Source of the DNA: Bacilli bacterium
GTDB lineage: Bacteria; Bacillota_I; Bacilli_A; RFN20; CAG-826
Assembly: GCA_035353055.1 (NCBI GenBank)
Contig: DAOPYW010000002.1
Span: 4,574 to 68,573 of the forward strand
Length of the DNA stretch: 64,000 nt
Reading direction: 5' to 3'
Every line of letters starts with the position of its first letter. Position 1 is the first letter of the stretch. The notes below the pieces were generated by a model. The model did no database searches, was not told the origin of the DNA, and saw nothing but the letters and a program-made list of their open reading frames with translations. Positions 28,470-40,709 of the stretch are shown here, one piece after another. A program made the translations under genes and the position numbers.

Positions 28470-29223
28470 TGATTTTTTCTCATGGACATTTCCGCCCGAA
28501 ATTATTTCATCACTTATTGTGATGGTAATCGTGGCGCTTCTCTCTGTTATTATCGGCATCAGAGCGCATTTTCATAATCCTTTAAAAAAGCCAAAAGGTT
28601 TGCTTCTTATTGGTGAGATGGGCGTTGAATTCTTTGATAGCTTTACCAAGAACATGATTGGTTCTAGACTTCCCGGAATGGGCGGATTTATTATGGCAAT
28701 TGCCATATATCTTTTTATCTCTTTTATCTTTGGATTGACCGGCCTCCCATCCCCAGTCACCAATATGGCAGTTCCTCTCTCCTTGGGGTTGATTTCTTTT
28801 CTTTCTATCCACATCATTTCAATTCGATTTACTAAATGGCGATATTTTAAAAGATATATAGAGCCATTCCCGGTCTTTTTGCCAGTTAATCTTCTGTCAA
28901 TGTGGGCCCCTTTATTGTCGTTGACACTGCGTTTATTTGGAAATGCAGTTGCTGGCTTTACTTTAATGTCCATCATATATTATGCTTTAGAAAATCTATC
29001 AACTACGATATTTGGCGGTCTTATTGCCACAGAATGGAGCGGCATTTTCATCGCTCCGATAGTAACGCCAATACTACATGCCTACTTTGATCTATTCTCT
29101 GGCTTTATTCAAACGACTATTTTTATCTCCTTGACGACAATTTTTGTCGGTCAAGAGATACCCGATGAAGATGAAATTCAATCTTCTGATATCAAACTAA
29201 TAAGGGAAGGAGGTAAGCAATAA
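28462..29223 (+). CDS. atpB: F0 ATP synthase subunit a
   Basis: LRLFGN motif with essential Arg. Polytopic. Confidence 0.85.
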   Translation: MFDDFFSWTFPPEIISSLIVMVIVALLSVIIGIRAHFHNPLKKPKGLLLIGEMGVEFFDSFTKNMIGSRLPGMGGFIMAIAIYLFISFIFGLTGLPSPVTNMAVPLSLGLISFLSIHIISIRFTKWRYFKRYIEPFPVFLPVNLLSMWAPLLSLTLRLFGNAVAGFTLMSIIYYALENLSTTIFGGLIATEWSGIFIAPIVTPILHAYFDLFSGFIQTTIFISLTTIFVGQEIPDEDEIQSSDIKLIREGGKQ

Positions 29224-29224
29224 T

Positions 29225-29443
29225 ATGAATTATCTCGCAGCAGCTATTGCTGTTTGGGGCGTTATGCCAAGCGCTCTTGGCGAAGGGCTTGTTTGCGCCC
29301 ATGCGATTGATGGAATTTCTCGCAATCCGGAAGCCGCTAAAACAATTCGCAATAGTATGATTTTAGCCTGTGCCTTAGTTGAAACAACCGCGATTTATTC
29401 GCTTCTTATTTCAATTTTATGTGTGTTCCAGTTCGCTGGTTAA
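29225..29443 (+). CDS. atpE: F0 ATP synthase subunit c
   Basis: 72-aa hairpin proteolipid with conserved acidic residue (LVET). Confidence 0.85.
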   Translation: MNYLAAAIAVWGVMPSALGEGLVCAHAIDGISRNPEAAKTIRNSMILACALVETTAIYSLLISILCVFQFAG

Positions 29444-29458
29444 AAAGGAGCCTTTATT

Positions 29459-30004
29459 ATGATTTATGGCATCAATATGATGATACTCATTGACATAGGC
29501 GAAGAGATTGGCAAAATTGGCGCAAATCTTATTCCTCACCTATTTCCTTTTATCGTGCAATTATGTTCCCTTGTAGTGCTCATTATTATCGTTATGTTTG
29601 TCGCTTATAAGCCTTTAAAAAAGATGCTGAAAAAACGCGCAGACTATATTGAGAATAACATCTCTGACAGTGAGAAAGACAAAGCGATTGCTAAGCAGAA
29701 TCTCGAACAATCTCGAGAGACAATTTTGTCTAGCAAAAAAGAAGCTTCAAGCATCATCGATCGAGCCAATCAAGAAGCGACTAAACAGCGGGAATCAATC
29801 ATTCAAGAAACCAAATTAGATGTCATACGGCTTCAAAATGAAGCGGAGATGGACATCCAAAAGTCCAAGGAGAAATCCTTAGAAAACATTCGCCGCGAAA
29901 TGATATCGGTCGCTCTGGCAGCAAGCCAAGAAATTCTCCAGCGCGAGGTCAATGAAAAAGACAATGCCAAACTTGCCGAGGATTTCATTGAGAAATTGAA
30001 CTAA
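29459..30004 (+). CDS. atpF: F0 ATP synthase subunit b
   Basis: One N-terminal TM helix then long charged coiled coil. Operon position. Confidence 0.7.
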   Translation: MIYGINMMILIDIGEEIGKIGANLIPHLFPFIVQLCSLVVLIIIVMFVAYKPLKKMLKKRADYIENNISDSEKDKAIAKQNLEQSRETILSSKKEASSIIDRANQEATKQRESIIQETKLDVIRLQNEAEMDIQKSKEKSLENIRREMISVALAASQEILQREVNEKDNAKLAEDFIEKLN

Positions 30005-30006
30005 TT

Positions 30007-30564
30007 ATGAGTGAAGTCACCTCTTCTTACGGATTAGCTTTATTCTCTTTGTCTCTAGAACAAAACGTTGTTGAGACACGGCAAAAAGAGATAAAAGAAC
30101 TAAGAAACATTTTATTGCAAAATGCTGATTTTATCACTGTACTCAGCTCATCTTTTCTGTCTTTGGAAGAGAGACTCAACATTATTGACAAGAATCTCAA
30201 TAGCCTCGATGAAGATGTCAAAAACTTCTTAAAAATTATATGCCAAAATAATCGCGCGAAACTGCTGATAGAGATATTCGACAGTTTCAATTCTTACTGC
30301 AATGAACATCTCGGCGTTAAAGAAGGAATTCTCTATTCGACAGTTCCTGTTCCCGAAGAAACAAAGCGGAAAATTGAAAGCAAAATCGCTCAGTTAGAAA
30401 AATGTTCAATCGAACTAGTTAGCAGGATTGACCCAGCCTTAATCGGAGGCATTAAAGTTCTGATTAATAGCCACATCTATGATGGATCTGTCAGTGGAAA
30501 AATTGAAAAAATGAAAGTTAGCCTTTTAGAAAAGGAGAATCGCTCATATGAAAATAAACGCTAA
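30007..30564 (+). CDS. atpH: F1 ATP synthase subunit delta
   Basis: 185 aa, OSCP-like. Operon position between b and alpha. Confidence 0.7.
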   Translation: MSEVTSSYGLALFSLSLEQNVVETRQKEIKELRNILLQNADFITVLSSSFLSLEERLNIIDKNLNSLDEDVKNFLKIICQNNRAKLLIEIFDSFNSYCNEHLGVKEGILYSTVPVPEETKRKIESKIAQLEKCSIELVSRIDPALIGGIKVLINSHIYDGSVSGKIEKMKVSLLEKENRSYENKR

Positions 30565-32059
30565 TGAAATCAGCGCTCTTATTAAAGAACAAATCAAAAA
30601 TTATCATCACGAAATTGAAAGCAGTGATGTGGGGGTAGTGGTGACAGTAGGAGACGGCATCGCCGTAGTCTATGGTCTCGATCAAGCTATGCTTGGCGAA
30701 CTGCTCTTGTTCCCCCACGATATCCGTGGAATGGTGATGAATCTAGAAGCCGATCAAGTGGGAGTTGTTCTTTTAGGTGACGATACTTTAATCAAAGAAG
30801 GCGACACTGTTAAGCGAACCAAAGAAGTGATGGAGGTCCCGGTTGGGGATGGAATGCTTGGCAGAGTGGTTAACGCTCTCGGTCAACCCATCGATGGATT
30901 AGGAGAAATCAAGAGCACAAAGCGGCGTCCAATTGAAGTGATTGCTCCTGGAGTTATCATGCGTGAAAGCGTCAACACTCCTTTGGAGACAGGTATTAAA
31001 GCCATTGACTCGATGATACCAATTGGTCGCGGACAACGAGAATTGATTATTGGCGACCGCCAAATCGGAAAAACCGCGATTGCCATCGACACGATTATCA
31101 ATCAAAAAGACAAAGGTGTTTTGTGCATCTATGTCGCGATCGGTCAAAAGAATTCCACGGTGGCTCAGATCGTCGATCGATTAAAGAAATTTGATGCGAT
31201 GGATTACACGGTCGTCGTGGCCGCTACAGCTAGCGAACCAGCTCCTCTACTTTACATTGCCCCTTATTCAGGATGCGCGATTGGAGAGGAATGGATGCAC
31301 CAAGGCAAAGATGTGTTAATCATTTATGATGATTTAAGCAAACACGCAGTCAGCTATCGTGCCCTTTCACTTTTGCTCAAGCGCTCGCCCGGAAGAGAAG
31401 CCTATCCTGGCGATGTCTTCTATTTGCATAGCCGCCTGTTAGAAAGAGCATGTAAACTCGACAAAAAATATGGAGGAGGTTCTTTAACCGCTCTTCCGAT
31501 TGTCGAAACTCAATCAGGCGATATCTCCGCCTATATTCCCACCAATGTTATCTCTATTACCGACGGGCAGATATTTCTGAGCAATGATTTATTTAATGCT
31601 GGTCAAAGACCAGCCATCGATAGCGGCCTATCGGTTTCTCGTGTGGGAGGAGATGCCCAATACCAAGCGATGAAACAAGTTACTCGCTCTTTGAAAATTG
31701 ACCTAGCCAATTTTTCTGAAATGAAAAGCTTTGCTCAATTTGGCAGCGACTTAGATTCCAGCACATTAAAAGTACTCAAGCATGGAGAAGTGCTGATGCG
31801 CGTTTTACGGCAAAATCAATATCAGCCTTATTCCTTAGCTCATCAAGTATTTGATTTATTCATGGCAAAAAATAGCTTTTTAGATGAGATTAATCCCGAT
31901 GAAGTTCAGCCGACTCTCGAGAAGTGTTATCACTATGTTAAAACTAGCCATAAAGCTTTATTGAATTCTATCGACAAAGAAAAGAAAATTTCCCCCGAAT
32001 TGGAAGGTAAATTGCGCTCTGCAATCGAGGAATATTTCGCAATCAGCAAACAAGAATAA
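30548..32059 (+). CDS. atpA: F1 ATP synthase subunit alpha
   Basis: GDRQIGKT Walker A and conserved alpha-subunit sequence. Confidence 0.95.
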   Translation: MKINANEISALIKEQIKNYHHEIESSDVGVVVTVGDGIAVVYGLDQAMLGELLLFPHDIRGMVMNLEADQVGVVLLGDDTLIKEGDTVKRTKEVMEVPVGDGMLGRVVNALGQPIDGLGEIKSTKRRPIEVIAPGVIMRESVNTPLETGIKAIDSMIPIGRGQRELIIGDRQIGKTAIAIDTIINQKDKGVLCIYVAIGQKNSTVAQIVDRLKKFDAMDYTVVVAATASEPAPLLYIAPYSGCAIGEEWMHQGKDVLIIYDDLSKHAVSYRALSLLLKRSPGREAYPGDVFYLHSRLLERACKLDKKYGGGSLTALPIVETQSGDISAYIPTNVISITDGQIFLSNDLFNAGQRPAIDSGLSVSRVGGDAQYQAMKQVTRSLKIDLANFSEMKSFAQFGSDLDSSTLKVLKHGEVLMRVLRQNQYQPYSLAHQVFDLFMAKNSFLDEINPDEVQPTLEKCYHYVKTSHKALLNSIDKEKKISPELEGKLRSAIEEYFAISKQE

Positions 32060-32068
32060 AGGAAGAGT

Positions 32069-32914
32069 ATGTCTCAGCAAATCACTCGTATTAAACAGCG
32101 TATCAAAACAGTGAATGGCGCTTATAAAGTCACTAGCGCAATGAAACTGGTTTCGACGGTAAAACTTAAAAAGTGGAAGAATAAAATGTTCACCAACCGC
32201 ATTTATTCTAACCAAATTGCAAAAATTACCGATGATGTTTTGCGCTATGCCAAAAAGGTTCACAATCCCCTCATTAATGAGAATAGTGAAGCAAAGAAAA
32301 ATCTATATATTATCGTTTCTTCAACTTTAGGATTATGCGGAGCATATAATAATAACATTTTTAAAATAGCCGATGTTTCATTAAAAGAAAATGATGATGC
32401 AGTCATACTCGGCAAAAAAGGACTCAGCCATTTTGAAAATGGCAAATTCACCTTGCTTGAAGATTTTTCAAATTATCACTCTATCGATAATCAAGCTATT
32501 ATTCGTCAGCTCACCAGCTTTGTCATTGAGCAATTTGCTGCGGGTCGATATAAACAAATTCACTTGATCTATTCTTCATTTAAAAATTCTTTTGTCTTTC
32601 TTGCTAAAGACGTCATTATTCTCCCAGCCAAGAAGCCTTGCGAGAATAATGAGTTAACATTCGCTCCCATTTTGGAGCCTACGCCCCAAAAATTGGTTGA
32701 CAGCCTTCTTGCGCTTTACTTAAAAACATTTATTTATAGCAAATTACTCGAATCAGAAGTATGCGAACACGCCGCGCGCAGAAACGCGATGGATAGCGCT
32801 ACTGATAACGCTCAAGAACTGCTGGAGAATTTGCATATTGAATTTAATAAAGCTCGCCAGTCATCAATCACTCAAGAAATAACCGAAATTGTTGCATCCG
32901 CACAAGCCCTATAG
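32069..32914 (+). CDS. atpG: F1 ATP synthase subunit gamma
   Basis: 281 aa. Conserved N- and C-terminal helices (ITEIVASAQAL end). Confidence 0.85.
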   Translation: MSQQITRIKQRIKTVNGAYKVTSAMKLVSTVKLKKWKNKMFTNRIYSNQIAKITDDVLRYAKKVHNPLINENSEAKKNLYIIVSSTLGLCGAYNNNIFKIADVSLKENDDAVILGKKGLSHFENGKFTLLEDFSNYHSIDNQAIIRQLTSFVIEQFAAGRYKQIHLIYSSFKNSFVFLAKDVIILPAKKPCENNELTFAPILEPTPQKLVDSLLALYLKTFIYSKLLESEVCEHAARRNAMDSATDNAQELLENLHIEFNKARQSSITQEITEIVASAQAL

Positions 32915-34327
<1,413 letters not shown>

Positions 34328-34328
34328 T

Positions 34329-34736
34329 ATGGCAAGTTTTTTTCTGGATATTTATACTCCTTTTGGGCACTATTTAAAAACCAATGCCTCATTTTTGGAA
34401 GTTCAATCAGAAGATTACTTGCTTGGAATTTTGCCTGAGCACGCGCCATTAGTATCATCGCTAGTGATTTCGAAGATGGTGATTGAGATAAATGCTACTC
34501 GCTATATCTATGCGATTGGCGGAGGTATTATCAGCATCGACAAAGATGGTGTAACCCTTTTGCTCGATTCAATTGAACGAAGCGATGAGATTAATTTGCA
34601 ACGAGCACTTGACGCAAAAATGAGAGCGGAACAAAGGTTAAGTGATAGCTCGGATAAAACCATTGATAAAAAGCGAGCTGAATTAGCTTTAGCCCGCGCT
34701 ATTAATCGCATCCATCTTATTCAGACAGATAAATAG
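34329..34736 (+). CDS. atpC: F1 ATP synthase subunit epsilon
   Basis: 135 aa. Operon position and epsilon-like N-terminal beta-sandwich sequence. Confidence 0.8.
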   Translation: MASFFLDIYTPFGHYLKTNASFLEVQSEDYLLGILPEHAPLVSSLVISKMVIEINATRYIYAIGGGIISIDKDGVTLLLDSIERSDEINLQRALDAKMRAEQRLSDSSDKTIDKKRAELALARAINRIHLIQTDK

Positions 34737-35547
34737 TAAACCATTCGCTTAATTCCACTCCATTATCGCTCAAATATGGAGTGGTTTTTATTCCGCCTTT
34801 TTTGTTTTGCCAAATTGCTATGTTGCTCTCGCTTTCAGCAATTTGGAATGAGGCGCAAATATTAGAAAATACGCCATTTTGAAGGATTTTTTTGTCAATT
34901 AGTGTGACTTTTTTATTTTTTTGATCGATTGCTAATGGGAATAATATCTCGTTGAATAATTCCAGTGATGGAGCATCAAAATTATCATAGATAAAAAAGA
35001 AATTATCTTCCTGATTATCCAGAATATAATCAAAGCTATTTTGCTCGGTAAAGGCTTGAATTGGCGAGTAGAGAAGATGCTGATTCGCTACCGGTCGAAA
35101 TTGACCGTAGTTAAGCAGCACATTTGTTTGAAAGTTATAGGTTAATGAGCTCTCACTAATTAAATATAGTGAAGGACTCACAAATTGATTTGGAAAGAGA
35201 TTGGGATAGGAAGCGACAAGCAGCGAATAACTTTGTGGAGCATACTCGTAAGAATAGATAAGACAGTGATAATTGGATGCATAAGAAGCTAGGGTTTGTT
35301 TGGCTGTTTCACAATATGAGCAAGACTCCGAAAATAAGAACAGCGGAAAGCTAGTTCCAGAATCAATCAAAGAAGATAATTCAGAATTAGATATTTCCAC
35401 AAAAGTTGACGCGTTGATAGCCAATTGCATGTCGACATTTTGACAAGTAAAAATAGCGTAAGGATTACGCGCCTTGTCACAGCTAGTAAGCGAGAGAACT
35501 AATACCGCTAAAAAAGGCCACTTTTTCATAAAAAAACTATAAACCAT
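34717..35547 (-). CDS. Thioredoxin-like CxxC lipoprotein (paralogue of 43593..44057)
   Basis: Signal peptide and lipobox LTSC. CSYC motif in the context FLFSESCSYCETAKQTL, similar to the second lipoprotein's VSNCSHCIELKETL. Convergent 20-bp overlap with atpC. Confidence 0.55.
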   Translation of the reverse strand: MVYSFFMKKWPFLAVLVLSLTSCDKARNPYAIFTCQNVDMQLAINASTFVEISNSELSSLIDSGTSFPLFLFSESCSYCETAKQTLASYASNYHCLIYSYEYAPQSYSLLVASYPNLFPNQFVSPSLYLISESSLTYNFQTNVLLNYGQFRPVANQHLLYSPIQAFTEQNSFDYILDNQEDNFFFIYDNFDAPSLELFNEILFPLAIDQKNKKVTLIDKKILQNGVFSNICASFQIAESESNIAIWQNKKGGIKTTPYLSDNGVELSEWFTIYLSE

Positions 35548-35664
35548 TTTCTCTTAAAATTAAACGAGCCATCTGCTAAATGAACCTACTTGTTGTTGAA
35601 AAACGCAAAAAAATATAAACTGATATAGTATTAAAGTCTAAAAGTCTTTAAGTGAGGTAAGAAT

Positions 35665-38280
35665 ATGGCGAATACCACCCCAATTCCTGAATTCCAAAAA
35701 GAAGTAGACAAATTAGTCGCTAATGCGGTTAAGGCTCTCAACGAATTTGAGAACTTTTCGCAAGAACAAATCGACTATATTGTCGCAAAATGCAGCGTGG
35801 CTGGACTCGATCATCATGGTTCCTTAGCCAAAGCTGCCATCGATGAAACTAAGCGCGGCGTTTTTGAAGATAAAGCGACTAAGAATCTATTCGCTTGTGA
35901 ATATGTCGTCAATAACATGCGACATCTAAAAACTGTTGGAGTCATCTCCGATGATCCAGTGACGGGAATCACTGAAATTGCCGAACCCATTGGAGTTATT
36001 TGTGGTATTACTCCTGTTACCAACCCCACCTCGACAGTAATTTTTAAATGTTTAATTTGCTTAAAAACACGCAACCCAATAATCTTTTCTTTTCATCCAA
36101 GCGCCCAGCAATGTAGCAAACTAGCCGCTCAAGTCATGAAAGAGACGGCCGAAGCCGCTGGCGCCCCAAAGAATTGCATTCAATGGATTGAAAAACCTAG
36201 CATGGAAGCGACGAGTGCTCTGATGAATCACCCCGATGTGGCCACTATTTTAGCCACTGGTGGAAACGCGATGGTCAAAGCCGCTTACAGTTGTGGAAAA
36301 CCCGCCATGGGTGTCGGAGCAGGTAACGTCCCTGCCTACATGAACAAATCTTGCGATATCCATCAAGCAGTCAATGACATTGTCTTATCTAAATCGTTCG
36401 ATAACGGCATGGTGTGCGCTTCTGAGCAAGCAGCCATCATTGATGCCGATATTTACGACCAATCAATCAAACTATTCGAGCAATTTAAAGCCTATTTTGT
36501 CAGCGAAGAAGAAAAAATTAAACTCTCTCGCTACATGTTTGGTTTTGCATCTGGCGATCAAGGTGTTGAACAAGGCAAGTTGAACCCTGATGTGGTGGGC
36601 AAATCCGCTCACTTCATCGCTGAGCAAGCTGGTTTTAGCGTTCCAAAAGATACATCAATACTTGGCGTTCCATGCAAAGCGGTTGGACCCCAGGAACCAA
36701 TGAGCCGCGAAAAGCTTTCTCCCGTGCTAGCCTTCTTCAAAGTTAAAAGCGAAGAAGAAGGATTTGAAAGAGCAGAAGAGATGGTCTGCTTTAACGGTTT
36801 AGGACATAGCGCAGTCATACACTGTAAAGAACAAGAGATGGCTGACAAATACGGCGAAAAAGTCAAAGCCATGAGAATCATTTGGAATTCTCCAGCCACC
36901 TTTGGTGGAATAGGCAATGTCTACAATTCCTTCCTCCCATCCATGACTCTTGGATGCGGAAGCTATGGACACAATTCCATCGGTGGAAACATCAGCGCTG
37001 TCAATCTATTAAACATTAAAAAAGTGGGAAAAAGGAGAAATACTGTGCAATGGTTCAAAGTGCCTCGAAAAATATACTTCGAGCGAAATTCAATCCAATA
37101 TCTTCAATCTTGTAAAAATCTTACAAAAGTCTTCATTGTCACCGATACCTCGATGGTGGAGTTCGGCTTCTTTAAAAAGATTGCCGACATGCTCAATTCC
37201 CGAAGGAATAAAGTTACCATGCAACTATTCTGCGATGTTGAACCCGATCCCGATATTCAGACCGTCCGCAAAGGCACGGAAATGATGAATATCTTTAAGC
37301 CCGATACCATCATCGCCCTTGGAGGTGGGTCCGTCATGGATGCCGCTAAAGGAATGTGGCTGTTCTACGAGCACCCGGAAGTCAACTTCGACGATCTCAA
37401 ACAGAAATTCATGGATATCCGCAAGAGAGCGTTTAAGTATCCTGAATTAGGAAAACAATCAAGCTTAATTTGCATTCCTACCACTAGTGGTACAGGCAGC
37501 GAAGTGACTCCTTTCGCGGTCATTTCTGATAAAAAGAATAATAAAAAATACCCGCTCACTGATTACTCTCTAACTCCGACCATCGCCATTATCGATCCTG
37601 AGTTCACGACTAATCTTCCTCCCAAAGCGACAGCGATGACGGGAATGGATGTCTTGACTCACGCTATTGAAGCATACGTTTCAGTGATGGCTAGCGATTT
37701 TACTGATGGGCTATGCTTAAAAGCCATCAAATTGGTTTTTGACTATTTGCCGAGAGCAGTAAAAGACGGGCCTCACGACTTAGAGGCTCGCGAAAAGATG
37801 CACAATGCCGCGACAATTGCCGGCATGGCTTTTGCTAATGCTTTCTTAGGCATGACTCACTCTCTCGCTCATAAAGTCGGAGCAGAATTCCACACCGTTC
37901 ACGGTTATACATGCGCTATTTTATTGCCGCATGTCATTCGCTATAACGGAGTGACGCCAAGCAAGCTATCGGTTTGGCCTAAATATAATGTCTACTGCGC
38001 CGACAAGAAATACTTAGAAATCGCTCAGCTATTAGGGCTCAACGCCAAGACTCCTGCTGAAGGAGTGGAAGCCCTTGCTCAAGCCGTCACAAATCTCTGC
38101 AAAGAAGTCGGGCTCAATCCTAATTTTGAAGCCTGTGGCATCAAAGAAGAAAATTGGGAAGCTCGCTTATCAGATATCGCCGTCTTAGCCTATGAAGATC
38201 AATGCTCACCCGCCAATCCTCGCCTCCCAATGGTGGACGATATGGTGGAGATTTTAAGAAAAGCCTATCGAGGTAACTAA
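35665..38280 (+). CDS. adhE: Bifunctional acetaldehyde-CoA/alcohol dehydrogenase
   Basis: 871 aa. N-terminal ALDH domain and C-terminal Fe-ADH domain (GGGSVMDAAK). Confidence 0.9.
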   Translation: MANTTPIPEFQKEVDKLVANAVKALNEFENFSQEQIDYIVAKCSVAGLDHHGSLAKAAIDETKRGVFEDKATKNLFACEYVVNNMRHLKTVGVISDDPVTGITEIAEPIGVICGITPVTNPTSTVIFKCLICLKTRNPIIFSFHPSAQQCSKLAAQVMKETAEAAGAPKNCIQWIEKPSMEATSALMNHPDVATILATGGNAMVKAAYSCGKPAMGVGAGNVPAYMNKSCDIHQAVNDIVLSKSFDNGMVCASEQAAIIDADIYDQSIKLFEQFKAYFVSEEEKIKLSRYMFGFASGDQGVEQGKLNPDVVGKSAHFIAEQAGFSVPKDTSILGVPCKAVGPQEPMSREKLSPVLAFFKVKSEEEGFERAEEMVCFNGLGHSAVIHCKEQEMADKYGEKVKAMRIIWNSPATFGGIGNVYNSFLPSMTLGCGSYGHNSIGGNISAVNLLNIKKVGKRRNTVQWFKVPRKIYFERNSIQYLQSCKNLTKVFIVTDTSMVEFGFFKKIADMLNSRRNKVTMQLFCDVEPDPDIQTVRKGTEMMNIFKPDTIIALGGGSVMDAAKGMWLFYEHPEVNFDDLKQKFMDIRKRAFKYPELGKQSSLICIPTTSGTGSEVTPFAVISDKKNNKKYPLTDYSLTPTIAIIDPEFTTNLPPKATAMTGMDVLTHAIEAYVSVMASDFTDGLCLKAIKLVFDYLPRAVKDGPHDLEAREKMHNAATIAGMAFANAFLGMTHSLAHKVGAEFHTVHGYTCAILLPHVIRYNGVTPSKLSVWPKYNVYCADKKYLEIAQLLGLNAKTPAEGVEALAQAVTNLCKEVGLNPNFEACGIKEENWEARLSDIAVLAYEDQCSPANPRLPMVDDMVEILRKAYRGN

Positions 38281-38281
38281 A

Positions 38282-39310
38282 TTGAGAAAGATTGGAATAT
38301 TAGGTGCTGGCACTTGGGGCACTGCTTTAGCTAATATGCTTGCCAGGAGCGAACACAAGGTTACTTTATGGTCGCGTTTTGAAGCAGAAGTCGCCACTTT
38401 AAAAGAGAACCTTGTGCATAAGAATTTACCTGGTTGCACTCTGTCAAAAAGCCTGCACTTTTCTTGCGATGTTCAGGAAACTTGTCTAGGAAAAGACATC
38501 ATCGTTTTTGCGACCCCATCAGTCTTTATTCGCCAGACCGCGGAACTAACTAAACCCTTTTTAAAAAAGAATCAAATCATCGTCAATGTCGCAAAAGGCA
38601 TTGAACCGACCACTCTTTTTACCATGAGCGAAGTGCTAGAGGACGTTTTAGGAAGCGATTTCGATTACGTTTCTCTATCGGGGCCAACCCACGCGGAAGA
38701 GGTGGCGATTGGCTTGCCAACTTTAATCGTCTCAGCTTGCCAAAACCCAAAGACTGCCCAAATTGTGCAGGACACTTTTTCCAATCAAACCATGCGCGTC
38801 TATACCAACCCTGATGTCAGAGGGGTGGAGATCAGCGGCGCGCTTAAAAACATCATTGCTCTCGCCGCTGGCATGTCCGATGGATTAGGATATGGAGATA
38901 ACGCTAAAGCAGCTATCATCACTCGCGGCTTAGTGGAGATCACTCGGCTAGGAAAAGCTATGGGCTGTCACGAGAAGACCTTCTTTGGTCTCGCCGGTAT
39001 CGGCGACATTGTCGTCACAGCTACCAGCGTCCATTCTCGCAACCACAAAGCCGGCTATCTCTTGGGCCAAGGCCATTCTTTAGAAAAAACTCTCGAAGAA
39101 GTCGGTCAAGTAGTCGAAGGAATATACGCGCTTGAAGCCGCCAAACAACTAGAAGAAAAATATCAAGTTGAGCTGCCGATTATCGATGTGGTCTACGAAG
39201 TAGCACACAATAAACTCGATGTGTCGCAAGCCGTCAATCAGCTATTCGCTCGAAAGAAGCGCGATGAGATTAAAGGCGTTATTTTCACCGAAGACGACGT
39301 GATGAATTAA
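38282..39310 (+). CDS. gpsA: NAD(P)H-dependent glycerol-3-phosphate dehydrogenase (TTG start)
   Basis: GAGTWGTALA Rossmann motif at the extreme N-terminus. Starts 2 nt after the adhE stop. Confidence 0.85.
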   Translation: MRKIGILGAGTWGTALANMLARSEHKVTLWSRFEAEVATLKENLVHKNLPGCTLSKSLHFSCDVQETCLGKDIIVFATPSVFIRQTAELTKPFLKKNQIIVNVAKGIEPTTLFTMSEVLEDVLGSDFDYVSLSGPTHAEEVAIGLPTLIVSACQNPKTAQIVQDTFSNQTMRVYTNPDVRGVEISGALKNIIALAAGMSDGLGYGDNAKAAIITRGLVEITRLGKAMGCHEKTFFGLAGIGDIVVTATSVHSRNHKAGYLLGQGHSLEKTLEEVGQVVEGIYALEAAKQLEEKYQVELPIIDVVYEVAHNKLDVSQAVNQLFARKKRDEIKGVIFTEDDVMN

Positions 39311-39477
39311 ACACCATATTTTTGATTATTTATTTATCCATTTTTAACTAAAAAAGTATCGAAGATTTGCTATTTTCACCATAAAGGTGCGCAACTTTCA
39401 ATAAAATATATCTTACTAATCTCATTTTTTGCTAAAATAACTTTAAGATTGTTCTTAACTTGGGGAGGAGACTAAAC

Positions 39478-40707
39478 ATGTCTAAAAAATACCAAGAAGA
39501 ATATGAAGCAGGGTATAGCCCTCGTTTAGTGATGGAGGAAGCCTCTCGTTGCTTGCTATGTCTTGATGCTCCATGTTCATCCAGTTGTCCCGCTGGAACT
39601 GACCCAGCAAAATTCATTCGCTCGGTGCGCTTTAAAAATGTTAAAGGTGCTGCTGAAACCGTGAGAATCAATAACGCTCTCGGAGCCATCTGCGCCAGAG
39701 TATGCCCAACAGAGAGATACTGCCAAGAAGGTTGCTCTCGCAGCGGCATTGATAAGCCCATTGATATCGGCCGCATTCAGCGCTATATCACCGATTTTGA
39801 AGCCGCCACCAAAATGGACATTTGGGAACCGAAACCAGCCAACGGCAAAAAAGTCGCCGTGGTGGGAAGTGGTCCTGGTGGATTATCCGCTGCTGCCGAA
39901 CTCGCATTAGAAGGGTTCAAAGTCACGATTTATGAAAAGGATGCCAAAGCCGGCGGTTATCTCCGCTATGGCATTCCTGAATATCGCTTGCCCAACGCGG
40001 TCGTTGATCGAGAGATTGATCGCATCGTTAATCTCGGTGTGGATATCGCTCTTAACACTCGTGTTGGCACAGATGTTTCTTTAAAAGATTTAGAGAAAGA
40101 TAACGATGCAGTCATCCTTTCCATCGGTGCGAACCAAGGAAAGATGCTTCCGATGTTCGCCAACAACCGCAAAGTCAAATTAGCGGTCGATTGGCTGAAA
40201 CAAGTTAAGTCAAGAAAAGGAAAAGTAAAGATCCCCGAGAATGTTTTAGTGATCGGTGGTGGCGACGTCGCAATGGATACAGTCACCTCTTTAAAACTCT
40301 TGGGTTGCCCTCATGTCACTGATGTTGTCTACGAGCAATTCAGCGAATTTAGAGCGAGCAAAAAAGAGCTCCTCGGCGCGCAAGAACAAGGTGTTACCAT
40401 CATCGATGGATATGTCCCTGTTGGCACCGCCCGTGGTGGCATCGTCAAATTCAAGCACCGCGTCATTCCTTGCGAATTAAAAATCAAGGCTGATTTAATC
40501 ATTCTCGCAGTTGGCCAAATGGTCGACCCAGCGGGATTAGGCCTCGAGATTGAACGCGGCGAAGCCAAAGTCGAAGGCAATCACCTTCATGGCAGCAAGA
40601 TCTTCATCGCTGGAGATATTGCCCACGGAGAAAAAACCGTGGTTTGGGGCGTCAGAACCGGCAAAGAAGTCGCTTACGCAGTAAAGCAATTTGTAAGAGG
40701 TAAATAA
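39478..40707 (+). CDS. preT: NAD-dependent dihydropyrimidine dehydrogenase subunit PreT
   Basis: Near-colinear with E. coli PreT ([30 protein letters not shown] Rossmann GSGPGG). Start at MSKKYQ after GGAGGAG RBS. Confidence 0.85.
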   Translation: MSKKYQEEYEAGYSPRLVMEEASRCLLCLDAPCSSSCPAGTDPAKFIRSVRFKNVKGAAETVRINNALGAICARVCPTERYCQEGCSRSGIDKPIDIGRIQRYITDFEAATKMDIWEPKPANGKKVAVVGSGPGGLSAAAELALEGFKVTIYEKDAKAGGYLRYGIPEYRLPNAVVDREIDRIVNLGVDIALNTRVGTDVSLKDLEKDNDAVILSIGANQGKMLPMFANNRKVKLAVDWLKQVKSRKGKVKIPENVLVIGGGDVAMDTVTSLKLLGCPHVTDVVYEQFSEFRASKKELLGAQEQGVTIIDGYVPVGTARGGIVKFKHRVIPCELKIKADLIILAVGQMVDPAGLGLEIERGEAKVEGNHLHGSKIFIAGDIAHGEKTVVWGVRTGKEVAYAVKQFVRGK

Positions 40708-40709
40708 GT

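Noticed and set aside
28572-29090. ORFs antisense to atpB (134, 76, 62 aa)
   Set aside because: They lie inside a well-supported atpB coding region.
35548-35664. Rex-box or other operator upstream of adhE
   Set aside because: There is only a short imperfect direct repeat (aaagtct x2). No TTGTGAA...TTCACAA-like palindrome is present.
39311-39477. Possible riboswitch/sRNA in the 167-bp AT-rich gap upstream of preT
   Set aside because: No conserved riboswitch core or stable stem-loop was recognisable. It is probably just an AT-rich promoter region.
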